64,000 nucleotides of DNA, taken from NCBI RefSeq assembly GCF_001194135.2, contig NC_068983.1, forward strand, positions 26,607,634 to 26,671,633, written 5' to 3'. This DNA comes from Octopus bimaculoides. Its lineage: Eukaryota. The translations under genes were made by a program, and so were the position numbers. This document shows, in pieces, positions 25,050-38,384 of this stretch. The notes beneath the pieces were generated by a model. It was not told the DNA's origin, did no database searches, and saw nothing but the letters and a program-made list of their open reading frames with translations. Every line of letters begins with the position of its first letter. Position 1 is the stretch's first letter.

Positions 25050-25231
25050 AAGTCGGTGAGCGGGTAAATTAATTCTTGCATCTGACGCAATGCTTAGACA
25101 GTTAGCTTCCGGTTCTTTAAGTCCTGAAGTGTTTTGCTCAAGAACACAATGCGTTGCCCGGTCTAGGAATCGAAACCACAATCTCACGATTATGATGCTG
25201 ACACCCTAACCACTAAGCCATGCGCCTCCAC
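25050..25231 (-). mobile_element. tRNA-derived SINE 5' part (family C)
   Basis: Reverse complement GTGGAGGCGCATGGCTTAGTGGTTAGGGTG (A box)...GGTTTCGATTCCTAGACCGGGC (B box)...GTGTTCTTGAGCAAAACAC. Confidence 0.75.
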
Positions 25232-26070
25232 ATGAAGTCTCAGACGGCTACGAGAAACTGGATTTCGGTTGGTCAACGCGTGTCACATGTTGGTATTAGT
25301 AGTAAGATGGATATTCAAGGTAAAACACAAAGTCAAGAATGTACAGACTTAAGTTCACCCATCATTCATTAGCTCAGACATATCTATACATGCACTTAAA
25401 TACGTAGGCGAACACATGCGTATGCAATAGTCATTATTGCACGTCTATTTGCAAACATGCATTCATGCAAGTGACACCCAGGCAGCAGACACACACAGCT
25501 GACTCATACACTCACATATTCACGTCTACGTGTACTCGCATATCGCTGATACACTCCCGCACACATTCCATTAAACACGCACAAAGGCATTTGTTGCCGT
25601 CATTATCTCTCACCTACACGTCAGTTGACTCACACTCGTTCTCCACTCTCATACGCACAGAAGATACACACACGCACATAGGTATCAGATACCCACATCA
25701 ACACATTCATACTGCAGTTATGCATAAACACCACCACCACCCACCACACACACACACATTGGCCACGTGTCTAATGTCGTGTAAGATCCTACAAAAACTG
25801 GCCAGAGAGCAAGACGTCACCAGATGTCTCCCAGTCACGCGGTCCACGAACTTTTTGGTTTTAATGCTTTTGTTGCAGAAGAATGTCGATCTCACTTGAA
25901 ATAAATAATAAACTGTGAACGTTCTGACCAGTAGCAATCCGGTTTTCAGTAACCATCTTGCAATTCCTGCATTTCTTCATTCAGCAGAGCTTGAGGAGTT
26001 AGGTTGCAGTAAGAAGCCTACGAAGTCACATGAGCTCAAAAAAAACAACAAAAAAACAAAAACAAACATT

Positions 26071-26180
26071 GAGTATGAAAGGTAAAGTCGACGTTGGTGA
26101 AATTTGAAATCAGAACACGTGAAGAGGGACGAACGTTGCTAAGCATTGTGCCTGGCGTACTAATAATACTGCCAGTCCAC
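26071..26180 (-). mobile_element. Decayed SINE family A head
   Basis: Homologous to 33041-33158 and 47341-47545 (GTTCTGA.TTCAAATT...GTCGACTTT.CCTTTCAT). Confidence 0.65.
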
Positions 26181-26236
26181 TAACTGCTGCTGTTGTTGTT
26201 GTTGGTGATGATGGTGGTCGTTGTACGTATGTATAC

Positions 26237-26268
<32 letters not shown>

Positions 26269-27263
26269 ACCAACCCTAATAGAGTTGTTCAGTATCACTA
26301 TCATCACATCAGCTCACGTGGTTATCGGCTGTTTTTGAAACGCTTGACGCCCTAGATCAAGTCCTTACAATAACACACACAAACACATGCATACATAAAC
26401 CTATGTATATACGTATCTGTCTATCCATCTATCTATCTATCTATCTATCTATATATATATATATATATGTAGCATAATAAACTTGGAAATGTTTCAGTGG
26501 AATAATTTCTAATGAATATTTTATGTTCATTAGAAAAATGGCATAGCAATTAAAAGATTGGCCTGTGAAGTGTGAAGATGGTTTTCTCTACATGATTTCC
26601 GTTTACTTAGTGAAATATTATTGATGTGTATGTAATGTTTTATAGAATAAAAGGATGTTTTTCAATAAAAATATATAATTACTGTATGTAAATATTTACT
26701 TCAGTATGTTGACTAGAAATAATTTTCGATCCGTGCCGAATTTCATTTTTCCAGATTCATATAAATATGTATTGTTACTAAAGTATGTTAGATAAATAAT
26801 TCTACTCCCAAATCAATAGCAAATTAAAAAGAAACTTTGAACACAGAATATAGAAACGTCGATAATAAACAAATTATATATGTAAGACAGATTTATCTTC
26901 ATCTGCATCTATCACACTATTCTATCTATTTATGTACACGTCCTTACATATTCACAAACACACATGCCCATACATACATAAATACATACATACATGCATG
27001 CATGCGTACAGACAGATAGACTGACAGGTATTTGCATCCATACATATGTGTGCATGTGAGTGTGTATGCACGTGCGTTTGTGTGTCTGTATGCATGTGTA
27101 TATCAGCTACAATTCCTACATCTATAGATATTTCAGCAAATAAATTATGGATGTTCTATGGATTACGCATATTTTCTATTTCCTTCGATTGCAAATGCTA
27201 ATCTATCTATCTATCTATCTATACATACATACATACATACATACATACACACACACACATACA

Positions 27264-27297
<34 letters not shown>

Positions 27298-27304
27298 CTA
27301 CAAT

Positions 27305-27685
27305 ATTTTTTACTTGTTTCACTCATTTGGGTGCGGACATGCGGGAGCACCGCCTTTAGACGAGCAAATCGAACCCAGGACTTATTCTTTGTACTTATTC
27401 TATTGGTCACTTAACCCGATCTGCTAAGTTACGGGAACGTATACACACCATCATCGGTTGTTAAGCGATGTTGGGGGGACAAGCACAGACATACAAACAT
27501 ACACACACACATACATATATATATACATATATACAATGGGCTCCTTTCAGTTTCCGTCTACGAAATCCACTCAAAAGGCCCGAGGCTATAGTAGAAGACA
27601 CTTACCCAAGGTCCCATGCAGTGGGACTGAACCCGGAACCATTTGGTTGTTAAACAAGCTACTTACCACACAGCCACTCCTGCGC
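27305..27685 (-). mobile_element. Full-length tRNA-derived SINE (family D)
   Basis: Reverse complement GCGCAGGAGTGGCTGTGTGGTAAGTAGCTTG...CCGGGTTCAGTCCCACTGCATGG head, internal GT/TA microsatellite, 3' end AAAGGCGGTGCTCC.GCATG...GAAACAAGTAAAA. Colinear with 36001-36435. Confidence 0.85.
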
Positions 27686-28082
27686 ATATATGTGTATATG
27701 CGTGTGCATGGGTGTGTGTGTTTGACGTAAATGTGGATTGGTTAATATCTAGATGTATTCCTTATGTCATACACAATTAGGCCATCTGGTTATTTGGAAA
27801 TTGACATTCGATAGTTATAAAATTAATAGCCACCTGGTATAGGAATCCTACGTAGTACTCAATGTGTAAATGTTATATAGAGTTACATTATAGAAGGAAT
27901 CGATATAGCATAAATTTGGTATTGGTTACCATACAACCATTTCAGTGATATTCCGCTTCGAACCACATTACATATATGTACATGATTATGTTTGTCTTTT
28001 GCAGGGTATCCGCATAAATGTATACATGTATGAATAGCATGGTATGAGGCTTCATAATTTTACCAGTACTTGTTATTAAGTA

Positions 28083-28630
28083 TAAAGGGTGTCCCGTTCA
28101 AATTGACATCATTCGGGAATCTATTAATCTATTAACATAGCAAATTCTCGCTCAAATCAACTGAAATTTTAACAAAATGTTTAAAAACGAAGTTTTTAAC
28201 GGGTGAGCCTGTAATGGTGGCATAGTGCTGTTGAAATGGCGACTACGTTCACTTGACTGAACACCTTGTGATTTTTTTCTCTATGAGGCTATATGAAAGG
28301 GCTGGTTTATACCCCACCCCTCTTCCTACAAGCCAAGAGGAAAGGAAGTGTACAATCACTGAGGTGCCACTGAATGCTACACGAGATACTCTACAGCGTC
28401 TTTGACAGGTACTGAACTACCGACTTGACGTGTGTCTTGTCACAGGCATTGCAGATATTGAACATTTGTGAAGCGTTGTGAAATCGGTAATACAATCTAC
28501 GTCCCTCTGACTCTTTTGATCGGATTTCATTCATTTCTTCTGACAGTTATTCAACATGAAGCCTATTTAATTTCGTTTGCCACAGACATGTAGTTACTCA
28601 GATATACAATTACGGAGAAACACTTTGTAT
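28083..28630 (+). mobile_element. DDxD-type IS630-Tc1-mariner transposase C-terminal relic
   Basis: 28247-28470 reads RSLD*TPCDFFL, then (frameshift) GYMKGLVYTPP, then (frameshift) PLPTSQEERKCTITEVPLNATRDTLQRL*QVLNYRLDVCLVTGIADIEHL*. This matches the RSPDLTPCDFFLWG...YRLDVCR.T.G.HIEHL C-terminus. Outer boundaries rest on weak TIR-like similarity (about 28083 and about 28630). Confidence 0.7.
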
Positions 28631-28721
28631 TTTAATCTATTTTTTTCGCGGTCTGTATGTATGAATCTTACATTATAAAAATAATAACATTAGTAATAAC
28701 AGTAATAATCATAAGAAGAAA

Positions 28722-28995
28722 GGAACATCATACCATGTGTTGAGAGGAATTTGGGGGCTTTGGACAATTCGTATCTGGAAGCATGGGTGTTTTGTTGAAC
28801 ATCCCGAAACAACCCTTATTCAGTGATCTTTTGAGCGGGATGGGCAACTCGGCCTGAACAAAATTATAATTGGGGCCAACCTGCTAGGTCATGCACTGTT
28901 TATCTTGGTGTGAGAGCATCATACCACGCGCATATGTTTGTGATGCATGTGTCTGGTGTACTCTTATCAGACGTGTGGTAATGATAGGTATATTT
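28722..28995 (-). mobile_element. Dispersed repeat fragment (family F, SINE-like)
   Basis: Reverse complement CATATGCGCGTGGTATGATGCTCTCACACCAAGATAAACAGTGCATGACCTAGCAGG aligns with CATATGTGCGCGACATGGGGATCTCATATCAAGATAAACAGCGCATGACCTCGCAGG at about 38031-38088. Confidence 0.75.
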
Positions 28996-29045
28996 TACCA
29001 CATTGTCACATTAACAGTGTGCACTACTCTCTCACTCAATAAGAA

Positions 29046-29098
<53 letters not shown>

Positions 29099-29102
29099 TT
29101 AC

Positions 29103-29395
29103 TACCTAGCTCAGATACCAGGAAACCCCAAAATGGCTGAAGTTCAAAAGATAGTGCTCATGGGAACTGCCCATATCCTACGTAAAATACTGTCTATGTG
29201 ATCTCAAATTTTAAAGCAAACACATAATTTTCTTATGGTTTCTTAGACATTCACTTGAACAAAACTGTACAAATCCAAATATATGGTACCCTAGGCATAA
29301 CACCTACATGAACTTCTAACTTGTTGTCTCTTGAGGTCTCTGGGTGAGACTTGGATCCAACTTGTACAAATGCAAAACAAAAGTCAAACATTAAA
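29103..29395 (+). mobile_element. 3' terminal fragment of an R4/Dong-type RLE non-LTR retrotransposon within (TAA)n
   Basis: YLAQIPGNPKMAEVQKIVLMGTAHILRKILSM* (29103-29201) is the typical C-terminus (QK..L.GTA.ILRK.L). The 3' UTR ends in TAATAATAATAAT, and (TAA)n lies upstream at 29048-29095. Confidence 0.8.
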
Positions 29396-29683
29396 TAATA
29401 ATAATGAAAAGGTACTGAAACCTATTTGCAAATGATATCAGGCCTACCATCTCTACAGGAAGTGCGAAAAATCGTGTTAACTGGAACGATTCGTGTACTG
29501 AGAAGAGTTTATCTCTGTGAAACCAACATCCATTCATGAATTTATTTATTTTCTTTTTTTTACATGCATATTTTACCTGTAAATTTGCGTGAGTAAACTA
29601 GGAATGCATACACTGAGCTTCTCTGCCCTAGGTGTACGGAAAACACTCGGCGAGAAATGGAAGAAAATTTGATGAAAGAAGAA

Positions 29684-29947
<264 letters not shown>

Positions 29948-30374
29948 ATAATAATAATAATAATAATAATAAAAATAATAATAATAACAAAAACAACCAC
30001 AATTATTATTATTTCAAATTTTACCACAGGGCAAAGAAATTTTGTGGAAGATGGTTAGTTGATTTCATCGATTCTAGCTCTCACCTTATACTTATTTTAT
30101 CGACACGAAAAGGATGAAATACAAAGTCTATCTCAGAACGTAAAGACGGACGAAATACTACTTTAATAAATTGAAGTTCTTCCGTTCCTGTTAAATACTT
30201 GTGATGAACCTGTATACATTTGTGTATGTATGTAAATATGATAACTTTTTTCACGCACGTATATACATACAAATACAGAGATACAGACACACTTACATAC
30301 ACATACACATACACATGCATATAGAGAGAGAGGGGGAGAGAGAAAGAAAGAATGAGACACTGGGGCGTGATAAT

Positions 30375-30474
30375 GTTCGACCTCGGCGGAATTTGAACTC
30401 AGAACTTAGTGGCAGACGAAATACCGCTAAGCACTTCACCCGGCGTGCTAACGTTTCTGCCAGCTCACCGCCTT
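30375..30474 (-). mobile_element. SINE family A head
   Basis: Reverse complement AAGGCGGTGAGCTGGCAGAAACGTTAGCACGCCGGGTGAAGTGCTTAGCGGTATTTCG...GAGTTCAAATTCCGCCGAGGTCGA. A further partial copy lies at about 30060-30170. Confidence 0.8.
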
Positions 30475-32031
30475 ATTGCTAAAGTTTCTTATTTTTTTAT
30501 TCTTACTTAAATAAAATAGGCAGGAGTATCCCACCCTGGAAGTGAAAGGGGTGAACTCGATATTTTAACAAACACTTATGCTGATAATCATGTTAATGAT
30601 ATCCCCCCACCCCTTCCACAAACAAATGATTATCTTCATCGGCTTATACTTTACGCCTATTTAGGCAGGTATTCATTATATCATTATATCATTGTATTGA
30701 ATTTTTACAGTTTTAGATATTGTAGAAAGGAAGGATTAGAAGATTGATTGTTAAAATCAAAACTAAATCTCATAAAGAACTAGCGCCTTATGCGTAATAA
30801 AATCAATTCATACATTCCCAAACACAAAAGCACACAAATACAGGCATTAATATATACATGCACATAATCACACTGACATAAACTTCGACATGCACTTAAG
30901 TTCATACATAAATGCATTTTATACGTTTTGCACATTTGCAACAGAACAAGCAAAACCAGCAATCTTTGAAAATACGATGGAATAAATATAATGATGCTGG
31001 ACATACATAAAGATTATTCGATTATGAAAGACATTTTAGAAAATTCTATCGAAACAACTATATATTTTCTACTTTTATTTTAGTTTTTCTTCAGAAATTA
31101 ACTGTCAGACAATAGATTAAAACATGTTTTGGGAATTGGGGAATTTGAACAACGTGTCTTTAAGCCATTTTATAGTGCAAATATAATTACCGCTTAGAAG
31201 GAAATAAAACAAAAACTACAACGAAAGGTCTCAGTTCATTGACTTCTTTATCTAATCTCATCAACTTCAGAAGAATATAATCATTCATCTTAAATGATGT
31301 CTGAGTATACTCCTGATCATTGAATACAGAGAATCCTTTGATGTGCAGTACATTGGCAACATACAGACTTTGAAGTTTTAATGAACACTATGTTTTGTGT
31401 GAACATGGCACACATGGACCAAAATATATTTTCCTATAGAAAACATCTATAACTTCTAAGTATCAGTTGGCTGTAACTTGTTAAAAATGCAAGGAAAATT
31501 GTTTTTATACTAACTATGAAAATCAGACTTAAATCGAATTTGCGGTACGAAAATCATTCGAATGACTAACTTCGTTCTGTTTTTATAAGTTTAACCTGCT
31601 AAGGGACACGATTTTCTAGTTCAAAATTACTTTGAGCTGAAATACGTTGTAATATTTTCTATCTATTTAACTAAGTTTAAGTATTATCTTGAAGTTTTCA
31701 AATACATTAATGTCAATTTGTCTTGCGGAACAAAGGAAAAAGTAACAATTCTCCATGCGCATAAAATTTATTGCACACAATCTTCTTTTTCTTTTGTCAG
31801 AATTCCTTATATAATACCAGTTCAGTCGGTGCCTGCGTACATAATTCAAAAAGTATTAAAAGAAGAAAAAATTAAACATATTATCCTCCGAGAAAAATTT
31901 GCAAGTCAGTAAATATTATAATTTTTCATTTCTGACACAAGTACGTGAAAGAAATCTGGAGAAGTTTATAACTTATTTCACAATCACCAGCAGTGTACGG
32001 AAATATCAGGTCATCGCATAATCATCAGGAG

Positions 32032-32100
<69 letters not shown>
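32032..32100. repeat. (ATT)n microsatellite
   Basis: Direct reading, shortly before gap 32121-32331. Confidence 0.95.
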
Positions 32101-32103
<3 letters not shown>

Positions 32104-32470
32104 TAGTTTTATATTTATAANNNNNNNNNNNNNNNNNNNNNNNNNNNNNNNNNNNNNNNNNNNNNNNNNNNNNNNNNNNNNNNNNNNNNNNNNNNNNNNN
32201 NNNNNNNNNNNNNNNNNNNNNNNNNNNNNNNNNNNNNNNNNNNNNNNNNNNNNNNNNNNNNNNNNNNNNNNNNNNNNNNNNNNNNNNNNNNNNNNNNNNN
32301 NNNNNNNNNNNNNNNNNNNNNNNNNNNNNNNCTTAAAAAAATTATCTTCGTTAAAAGACCGCTTCCTTCAAATCTTCCACCGGTTCTTTTGGCTAATTCC
32401 ATCGATGTTACTGGATTAGATATGTTTTTGTATAGGGAGCCCGGTGTAGCACATCCATGTTGTTATTCAG

Positions 32471-32501
<31 letters not shown>

Positions 32502-32840
32502 GCACAATCAACATAAATGAACTTGTATAGGACTTTCAACTGCTTTTAACATCCAGAAGCACGACTTAACGTGGAATACCACTTCTCATTAAGCACTGAC
32601 ATTTCCGATGGAGGAATGCATCCTCTGTGCCGTCCGATGGCACTGCTGTATCACGTCATTCCACAGTTTTATGGGGTATTCACAGATATCACAACCTCGT
32701 ACCGATCAACATATTGGAAATCAATCTTATGAATATAGCATACAATGACCAAACAGCCAGTGTTGTCGCAAAAATCCGGTTGACTACAAACGGATTTGCC
32801 TTCAGCGACAGCAGCTGTATTTGTAAAGAACGGTATTAGA

Positions 32841-33037
32841 GGTATTTCAACTGCCATTACGCTCTGAGTTCAAATTCCACCGAGGTCGACTTTGTCCTTC
32901 ATCCTTTCGGGGTCGATAAATTAAGTACCAGTGACGCACTGGTGTCGATGTAATCGACTTAATCCTTTTGTCTGTCCCTGTTTGTCCCCGCTATGTTTAG
33001 CTCCTTGTGGGCAATAAAAAAAATAAGAAACTTTAGC
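32841..33037 (+). mobile_element. SINE family A copy with tail type 1
   Basis: GAGTTCAAATTCCACCGAGGTCGACTTTG...GGGGTCGATAAATTAAGTACCAGT...TAATCCTTTTGTCTGTCCCTGTTTGTCCCC...GTGGGCAATAAAAAAAATAAG. Confidence 0.8.
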
Positions 33038-33040
33038 AAT

Positions 33041-33158
33041 AAGGCGTCGAGCTGGCAGAAACGTTAGCACGCTGGGCGAAGTGCTTAGCGGTATTTCGTT
33101 TACCGTTACGTTCTGAGTTAAAGTTCTGCCGAGGTCGACTTTGCCTTTCATCCTTTCG
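33041..33158 (+). mobile_element. SINE family A head (tandem to the previous copy)
   Basis: AAGGCGTCGAGCTGGCAGAAACGTTAGCACG...GTTCTGAGTTAAAGTTCTGCCGAGGTCGACTTTGCCTTTCATCCTTTCG. Confidence 0.8.
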
Positions 33159-36000
33159 TGTTCTAATCCAAAATAATTACACGTGTTTGAGTATATCACC
33201 TGCTGTACTTCAGAGAAACAATTTTATGTTGAAACACGAAAGACGATTAGGTTACATAATTCCATCTTCTATACTATTACGTTAAATAATACGAATAATT
33301 TGTTGTAATTACATTACAGGAAGGCTAAAATAATTAGCATTGCGTAAGAAATTATTTTTAAGTCACTAGTACATCGTTGGGTTTCAGTTGGATGCTATAT
33401 TTAGTTGCACTTTCCTCGGCGTAGCATGCTATTTATATTTCCTCAGTCCCAAAAGGAACAAACTCAAAGAAGAAGCGAGCGGAATTCGGCTCAGGACGTG
33501 AAGAGCTAGAATTAATAACGCATATCTATTTCTTCGGCACTTTAACGATTTTCTCAGTTCGATAACTTATTCTGGGTTGAGTGCAATACTGTGGCCATGT
33601 GTAAAATCATTATAGAAACTGAAACTATCTATATAAACAAAGTTTATTAGGAAAAAATATGGCATCACATGTCAGTATTAATCTCTCGGCGAAACGAATC
33701 TGCTTAAATCAGTATAAACCTGTTTGGAACCACTTTACGTAATAACATCAACTTTGGATATCTGTCAAATGTTACGACTTTTTAATTCACTTCCACTAAA
33801 CATTCCAAGATTTGTGCAAGTATATGGCATTTTTGGTGAATATAATTATGTTTCCTTGCAACGATTAGAAGTTTAGCGTAAGAAGATAAAATCGTTCTAC
33901 ACAATTTTAATGCGTCATTTATAGCAATCTCCACTGCAGAGATTATTTCAATATTTGATGCAGAATTAGCAAGCATTTATAAAATAATTAAAGACGTAAT
34001 TTCACTGATATTGGAATACTATTCCGAAGCCATTCACATATAGTTTCAGAATAGTGAACGTGGCTAATAAAGGTTTTTCACTCTCTTATGATTTTCTTTA
34101 ACAATTCCGTATTTAGACGCAAGTAACGTTGTGCTAGGAATACAATTAATTAACACTTTCAAGATAGTTAAAAATAGGAAAGGATGTATTATATTTCGAT
34201 GGGAGTAAATTTAGCTTATGTTAGATGCAAAATTAAAGTAAGATATTTCTTCCTTATTTTAAACGCACCATCTGGTTATTATGTGTGTTTACGGATTTTC
34301 CACTCTTGTGTGTATTCTGAGTAGATCTAGGGCTGTGAAAGTAACTAAATAGCCTCCTGGTTTCTGCTTTTTTAATAACGGCTGAGTCGAAGTTCATTTT
34401 CTCTCTTCTCCACTAATTTCCGACTCCTCATTGACGTGTGATAGCTTTTGATCCAACCACTCACTATATGCCATGGAATTACATAAAATCCTACTCTCTC
34501 TTTTTCGAATTTCTGTTTGAACTCTCAGATTTTATTTCATTTCTTGTGAATCTGGAGTAATGAGTTACCGCAGGTCTTCTTATACGAAATTGACGTCATT
34601 ATTCTTCAGTTCGAGTCCATGTATCCCAACGTTTAGAAAACATGGAAACAGTGTGGATTATCCAGATAACAGGTAATCCTAGCTATCAGGTCAAGCACTA
34701 GGGTTCTGGATACAGTAAATTTGATGGAAGGAAAAAGAGTAGCAAGGTGAGAATGCTAAAGAATGGGATATGGCATGAGAGCAAAACCCATTCTAATTGT
34801 GACATAAATTTTAGAGAACAGAAACAGTGCGGTTATATGGCAAAAGGCCGAAGTCCATCCTTGGGTGGATTTATCCCAAAAAGCCCAGGGGCTATTTTTG
34901 GAGGCAGTGTAATGTATAAGTTTCTAGTATAACTGCAGCGATACAGTTGTCTAAGTGACCCTCAAATTTGTTTTATTGTTTTTTTTTTTCAATTTCCATT
35001 TGAACAAACTTAACCGAACTAAGAAAGTTTGTATATAACTAACAAAATATTTATGAGGGAATGTGTTTTCTTTCATATCCTTGGAGTTACAGAAAATTAT
35101 GTTACAATTAACATCTGATTTCTTACAAATCCCTCATGCGGAATATACAGCTCATTTGAAAATATGTGACATTCGCTAAATTAAGATATGGCATAATGAA
35201 GTAACCTAGACTCTAGTCATTATCACTTCAACTAAAAATATATTTTACATCAAGATGATAATTTCTAAACAGAATGAATTAATGCTTTACATGAGCACCA
35301 CTTATAAAAACTTTTACGAATATTATAAATAAAACAGAAAAATGTAAATTGTATGACTATTTTTTCGTTCATTATTTAAAATTCAACCTTTTAAGTCCAC
35401 TAGAAGACGTGATTATCTTCCTTCAAATAGTTGACACCATTAGGAGAGCCGCGTGTATTTGAAATTGTCTAGATGTATTTTCATAAAAACGTTCTATTGA
35501 AAATTCTGACGATGATTAAAGCGCTTGTGTTTATGAACACATCTTTTCTTCTTTACATTTACGAAGAATTGCCACTAACAGATAACAGCTTGGATCAAAT
35601 GCCTACACCTCAAAGAATACATCGAAAAACGGCTTGTGATGTTCTGTGTAGTTAAAACCAAAATTGCTAGCTGCTATAAAACATTTCCACAAGGTAAAAT
35701 TATCTATTTTGAGATTGTCAAAAATCCCTGTACAGAATCATAGATTACGAATAGAGTATTTTGTAGATTCTGCATGAAGTACTGTCCAGGTTGCGGTATC
35801 AGTGAAATTGGTTAACTGCATTATTTCAAACTTTAGGTTTTGCCCCGAAAATAGGAACATTATTATTTTCCCCCTAAATGTTGGATTTGCAGAGTCGTTA
35901 GAATGTCTGACAATGCTTTTCAGCAACACTTTCAGTCCCATGTGTTCCGAGTTCACTCTCAAATTCCATGTCTACGCTTTTCCAGAAAATGCTAACTATA

Positions 36001-36435
36001 GGCGCAGGCGTGACTGTGTAGTAATAAGTTTGCTTCCCAACCACATTGTTCCGGGTTTAGTCCCAATGCGTGGAACATTAAGCAAGTAACTTCTACTATA
36101 GCATCGAGCCGACCAAAGCCTTGTGCGTGAGGTTTGTGAGACAGAAATGAAAGATGTCCATCGTATATGTGTGTGAGTGTGGGTGTATTTATCTTTGTGT
36201 ATATTTATGCGTGTGTGCATTTGTGTTTGCGTTTGTCCTCCACCATCGCTTGACAACTGATGTTGATGTGTTTGTGTACTCGTAATTCAGCGCTTCGGGA
36301 ATGAGAGTGATAGACCAAGTACTACGCATCCAATGAATAAGTCCTGGGATCGATTTGTTTAGTAAATACTCTTTAAGGCGGTGCTCCTGCATGGTCGCAG
36401 TCAAATGAGTGAAACAATTAAAAGAATAAAAGAAT
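36001..36435 (+). mobile_element. Full-length tRNA-derived SINE (family D)
   Basis: GGCGCAGGCGTGACTGTGTAG...CCGGGTTTAGTCCCAATGCG head, GT-rich middle, and AAGGCGGTGCTCCTGCATGGTCGCAGTCAAATGAGTGAAAC plus (AAAAGAAT)2 end. Colinear with 27305-27685. Confidence 0.85.
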
Positions 36436-37189
36436 ATGTACAAGATTTAAGCTGCTTCTCATTTTCCGCATCAAGCTCTATGTCATCCATAATAAGGAGA
36501 CTTTATTTCACCATATTCTTTTCTCCAGGCCATAAGCTATTTTAATTTCTCGTAATATCAAAATGAGTGTTAACAAGGCCAATACAAATAATAGCAGCGA
36601 TAAGCTATCACTTTGAAACATACCTCGACTGATGTTCAATTTTCCAATGTCGCTTTCTTCCTATCAATTCAGTATACTAATTTTTCATACTTTCCTTTGC
36701 CATTTTCTCCATATTTTCTGCCACACCAAACATGTGAATTGGTTAACTTATCCAACTGCACGGTACCATGCCATATGACTTCTGTAATCCAACCATGCTA
36801 TATTCAATCTGGGTCTACATTTATCATTCTTCAACTAGTAAGTGGTCATTTGTTGCTATACTCTAGTTTCGGTACACTCTCTATTCTACTAGAATAGTAA
36901 AATAATTACTTAACTTTTCCGCCAAAAGCTAAGCTTCCACTTAAACAGCCGACAGCTCGAAATTTTGTTATCAGTTTTCTTTTCAAGGTGCCCTTCAGAC
37001 ATAGCAACATCCGTCCACTTGTCGTGAACCTTCTGCAGGCATTCATCCAGTTATGCAGCGATCCTTTCATGCTACAGTGTAAAAAGTTTCACCAAAGTTT
37101 TTCGGATTTGCTAATTTTTTGAACTGTGATCTCAATGAATGTAGACATTCTCCACGTCCCTTGGCCTTAATGCAGTTGCAAGACGTCTC

Positions 37190-37870
37190 TCCACATGTGT
37201 TAGCCACTCTGGTATTTCTCCCTGGCCTGTTCCAAAGTTCTCCGCCAAATACTTTTCTTTCTTCCTCATGTTGTTCCTCCTCTATTTACTGAAACAGACA
37301 AATTCTGTTTGATTGAAACAGTCTATTCTGTTCAACACTTTGCATTTAACATCATGCCTTTTCAATTTGGCCTTTAACTCTGACACCCTTTATACAGTTT
37401 ATTTTCCCCTTTCTTCTAACTTGCACTATCTGTTTAGTTTTCTGATTAGTGTTTCATTCTTGAGCTCTCGTTATCCTATTCAATTGCTCCCGTTCCTTCC
37501 GGGTATTTCCTAACTTCATTTGCATTGTCTTCCGCCAGCTTGGTTCTTTCTTTTCCTTCTTCTTATGTTTTTACAACAGGATATTTCGCTTGTATCCTAT
37601 TGTGTTAGCTACGACATTAGAAACAGCCTTGCTAAGCTACTTTGTTCCACTAATATTTCCCATTTTAACCAAACTCGAAATGCTATTTAATTTGCCTGTG
37701 GTTCTACTTACATTTCCTCTGTCCGAAAGCTCGCTAGACACTCTCCAAACCAAAGCAAACCAAGACAAAAATTTAAAACTGCTTTCTCCACCTCTTCATT
37801 TCTCACCATCATTGGTTGCCCTAACGCGTTTACCTAAACATGCTTTATCAATATTGTCACTACTCTAGTT
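37190..37870 (-). mobile_element. R4/Dong-type LINE relic (region upstream of the RT domain)
   Basis: Minus-strand translation includes KAKLKRHDVK and EQNRLFQSN, resembling the AK.KRY....QY.QNRLF..NQ motif of these elements. Heavily disrupted. Confidence 0.5.
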
Positions 37871-37914
37871 GTAATAATTATTATTACCATCCTCGCCACA
37901 GATACTATTATTAC

Positions 37915-38095
37915 TGAGTGAGAGAGCAGTGCATGCCATCAAAGTGACACTGGGGTAAAATATACAAAGCCCAATATACCCATCATGACTACCTGTCTGA
38001 TAAGGGTACACCAGCCACATGCATCACAACCATATGTGCGCGACATGGGGATCTCATATCAAGATAAACAGCGCATGACCTCGCAGGTCAGTTAG
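37915..38095 (+). mobile_element. Dispersed repeat fragment (family F)
   Basis: Homologous to 28722-28995 in the opposite orientation. Confidence 0.75.
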
Positions 38096-38097
38096 GA

Positions 38098-38164
<67 letters not shown>

Positions 38165-38184
38165 ATTATTATTATTATTACTAA

Positions 38185-38372
38185 CGCCAGAAAATGCTTA
38201 GTGGCATTTCGTCCATCTATATGTTCTGAGATCAAATTCCGCCCGGGTCGACTCTATCTTACATCCCTTCGGGGACGATAAATAAAGTACCAGTCAAGTG
38301 ATGGAGTTGATATGATCGATTTACACTTCCCACCAAATTTCAGGCCTTGCTCTCATAGTAGAAATTATTATC
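38185..38372 (+). mobile_element. SINE family A copy with tail type 2, following (ATT)n 38100-38180
   Basis: GTTCTGAGATCAAATTCCGCCCGGGTCGAC...GATAAATAAAGTACCAGT...CCAAATTTCAGGCCTTG...TAGTAGAAATTATTA. Confidence 0.75.
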
Positions 38373-38384
38373 ATAATTATTATT

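Noticed and set aside
34610-34672. 63-nt plus-strand exon-like segment (TTCTTCAG|...|GTAATC)
   Set aside because: Two phases open, no recognisable peptide, isolated; such sites occur by chance in 64 kb.
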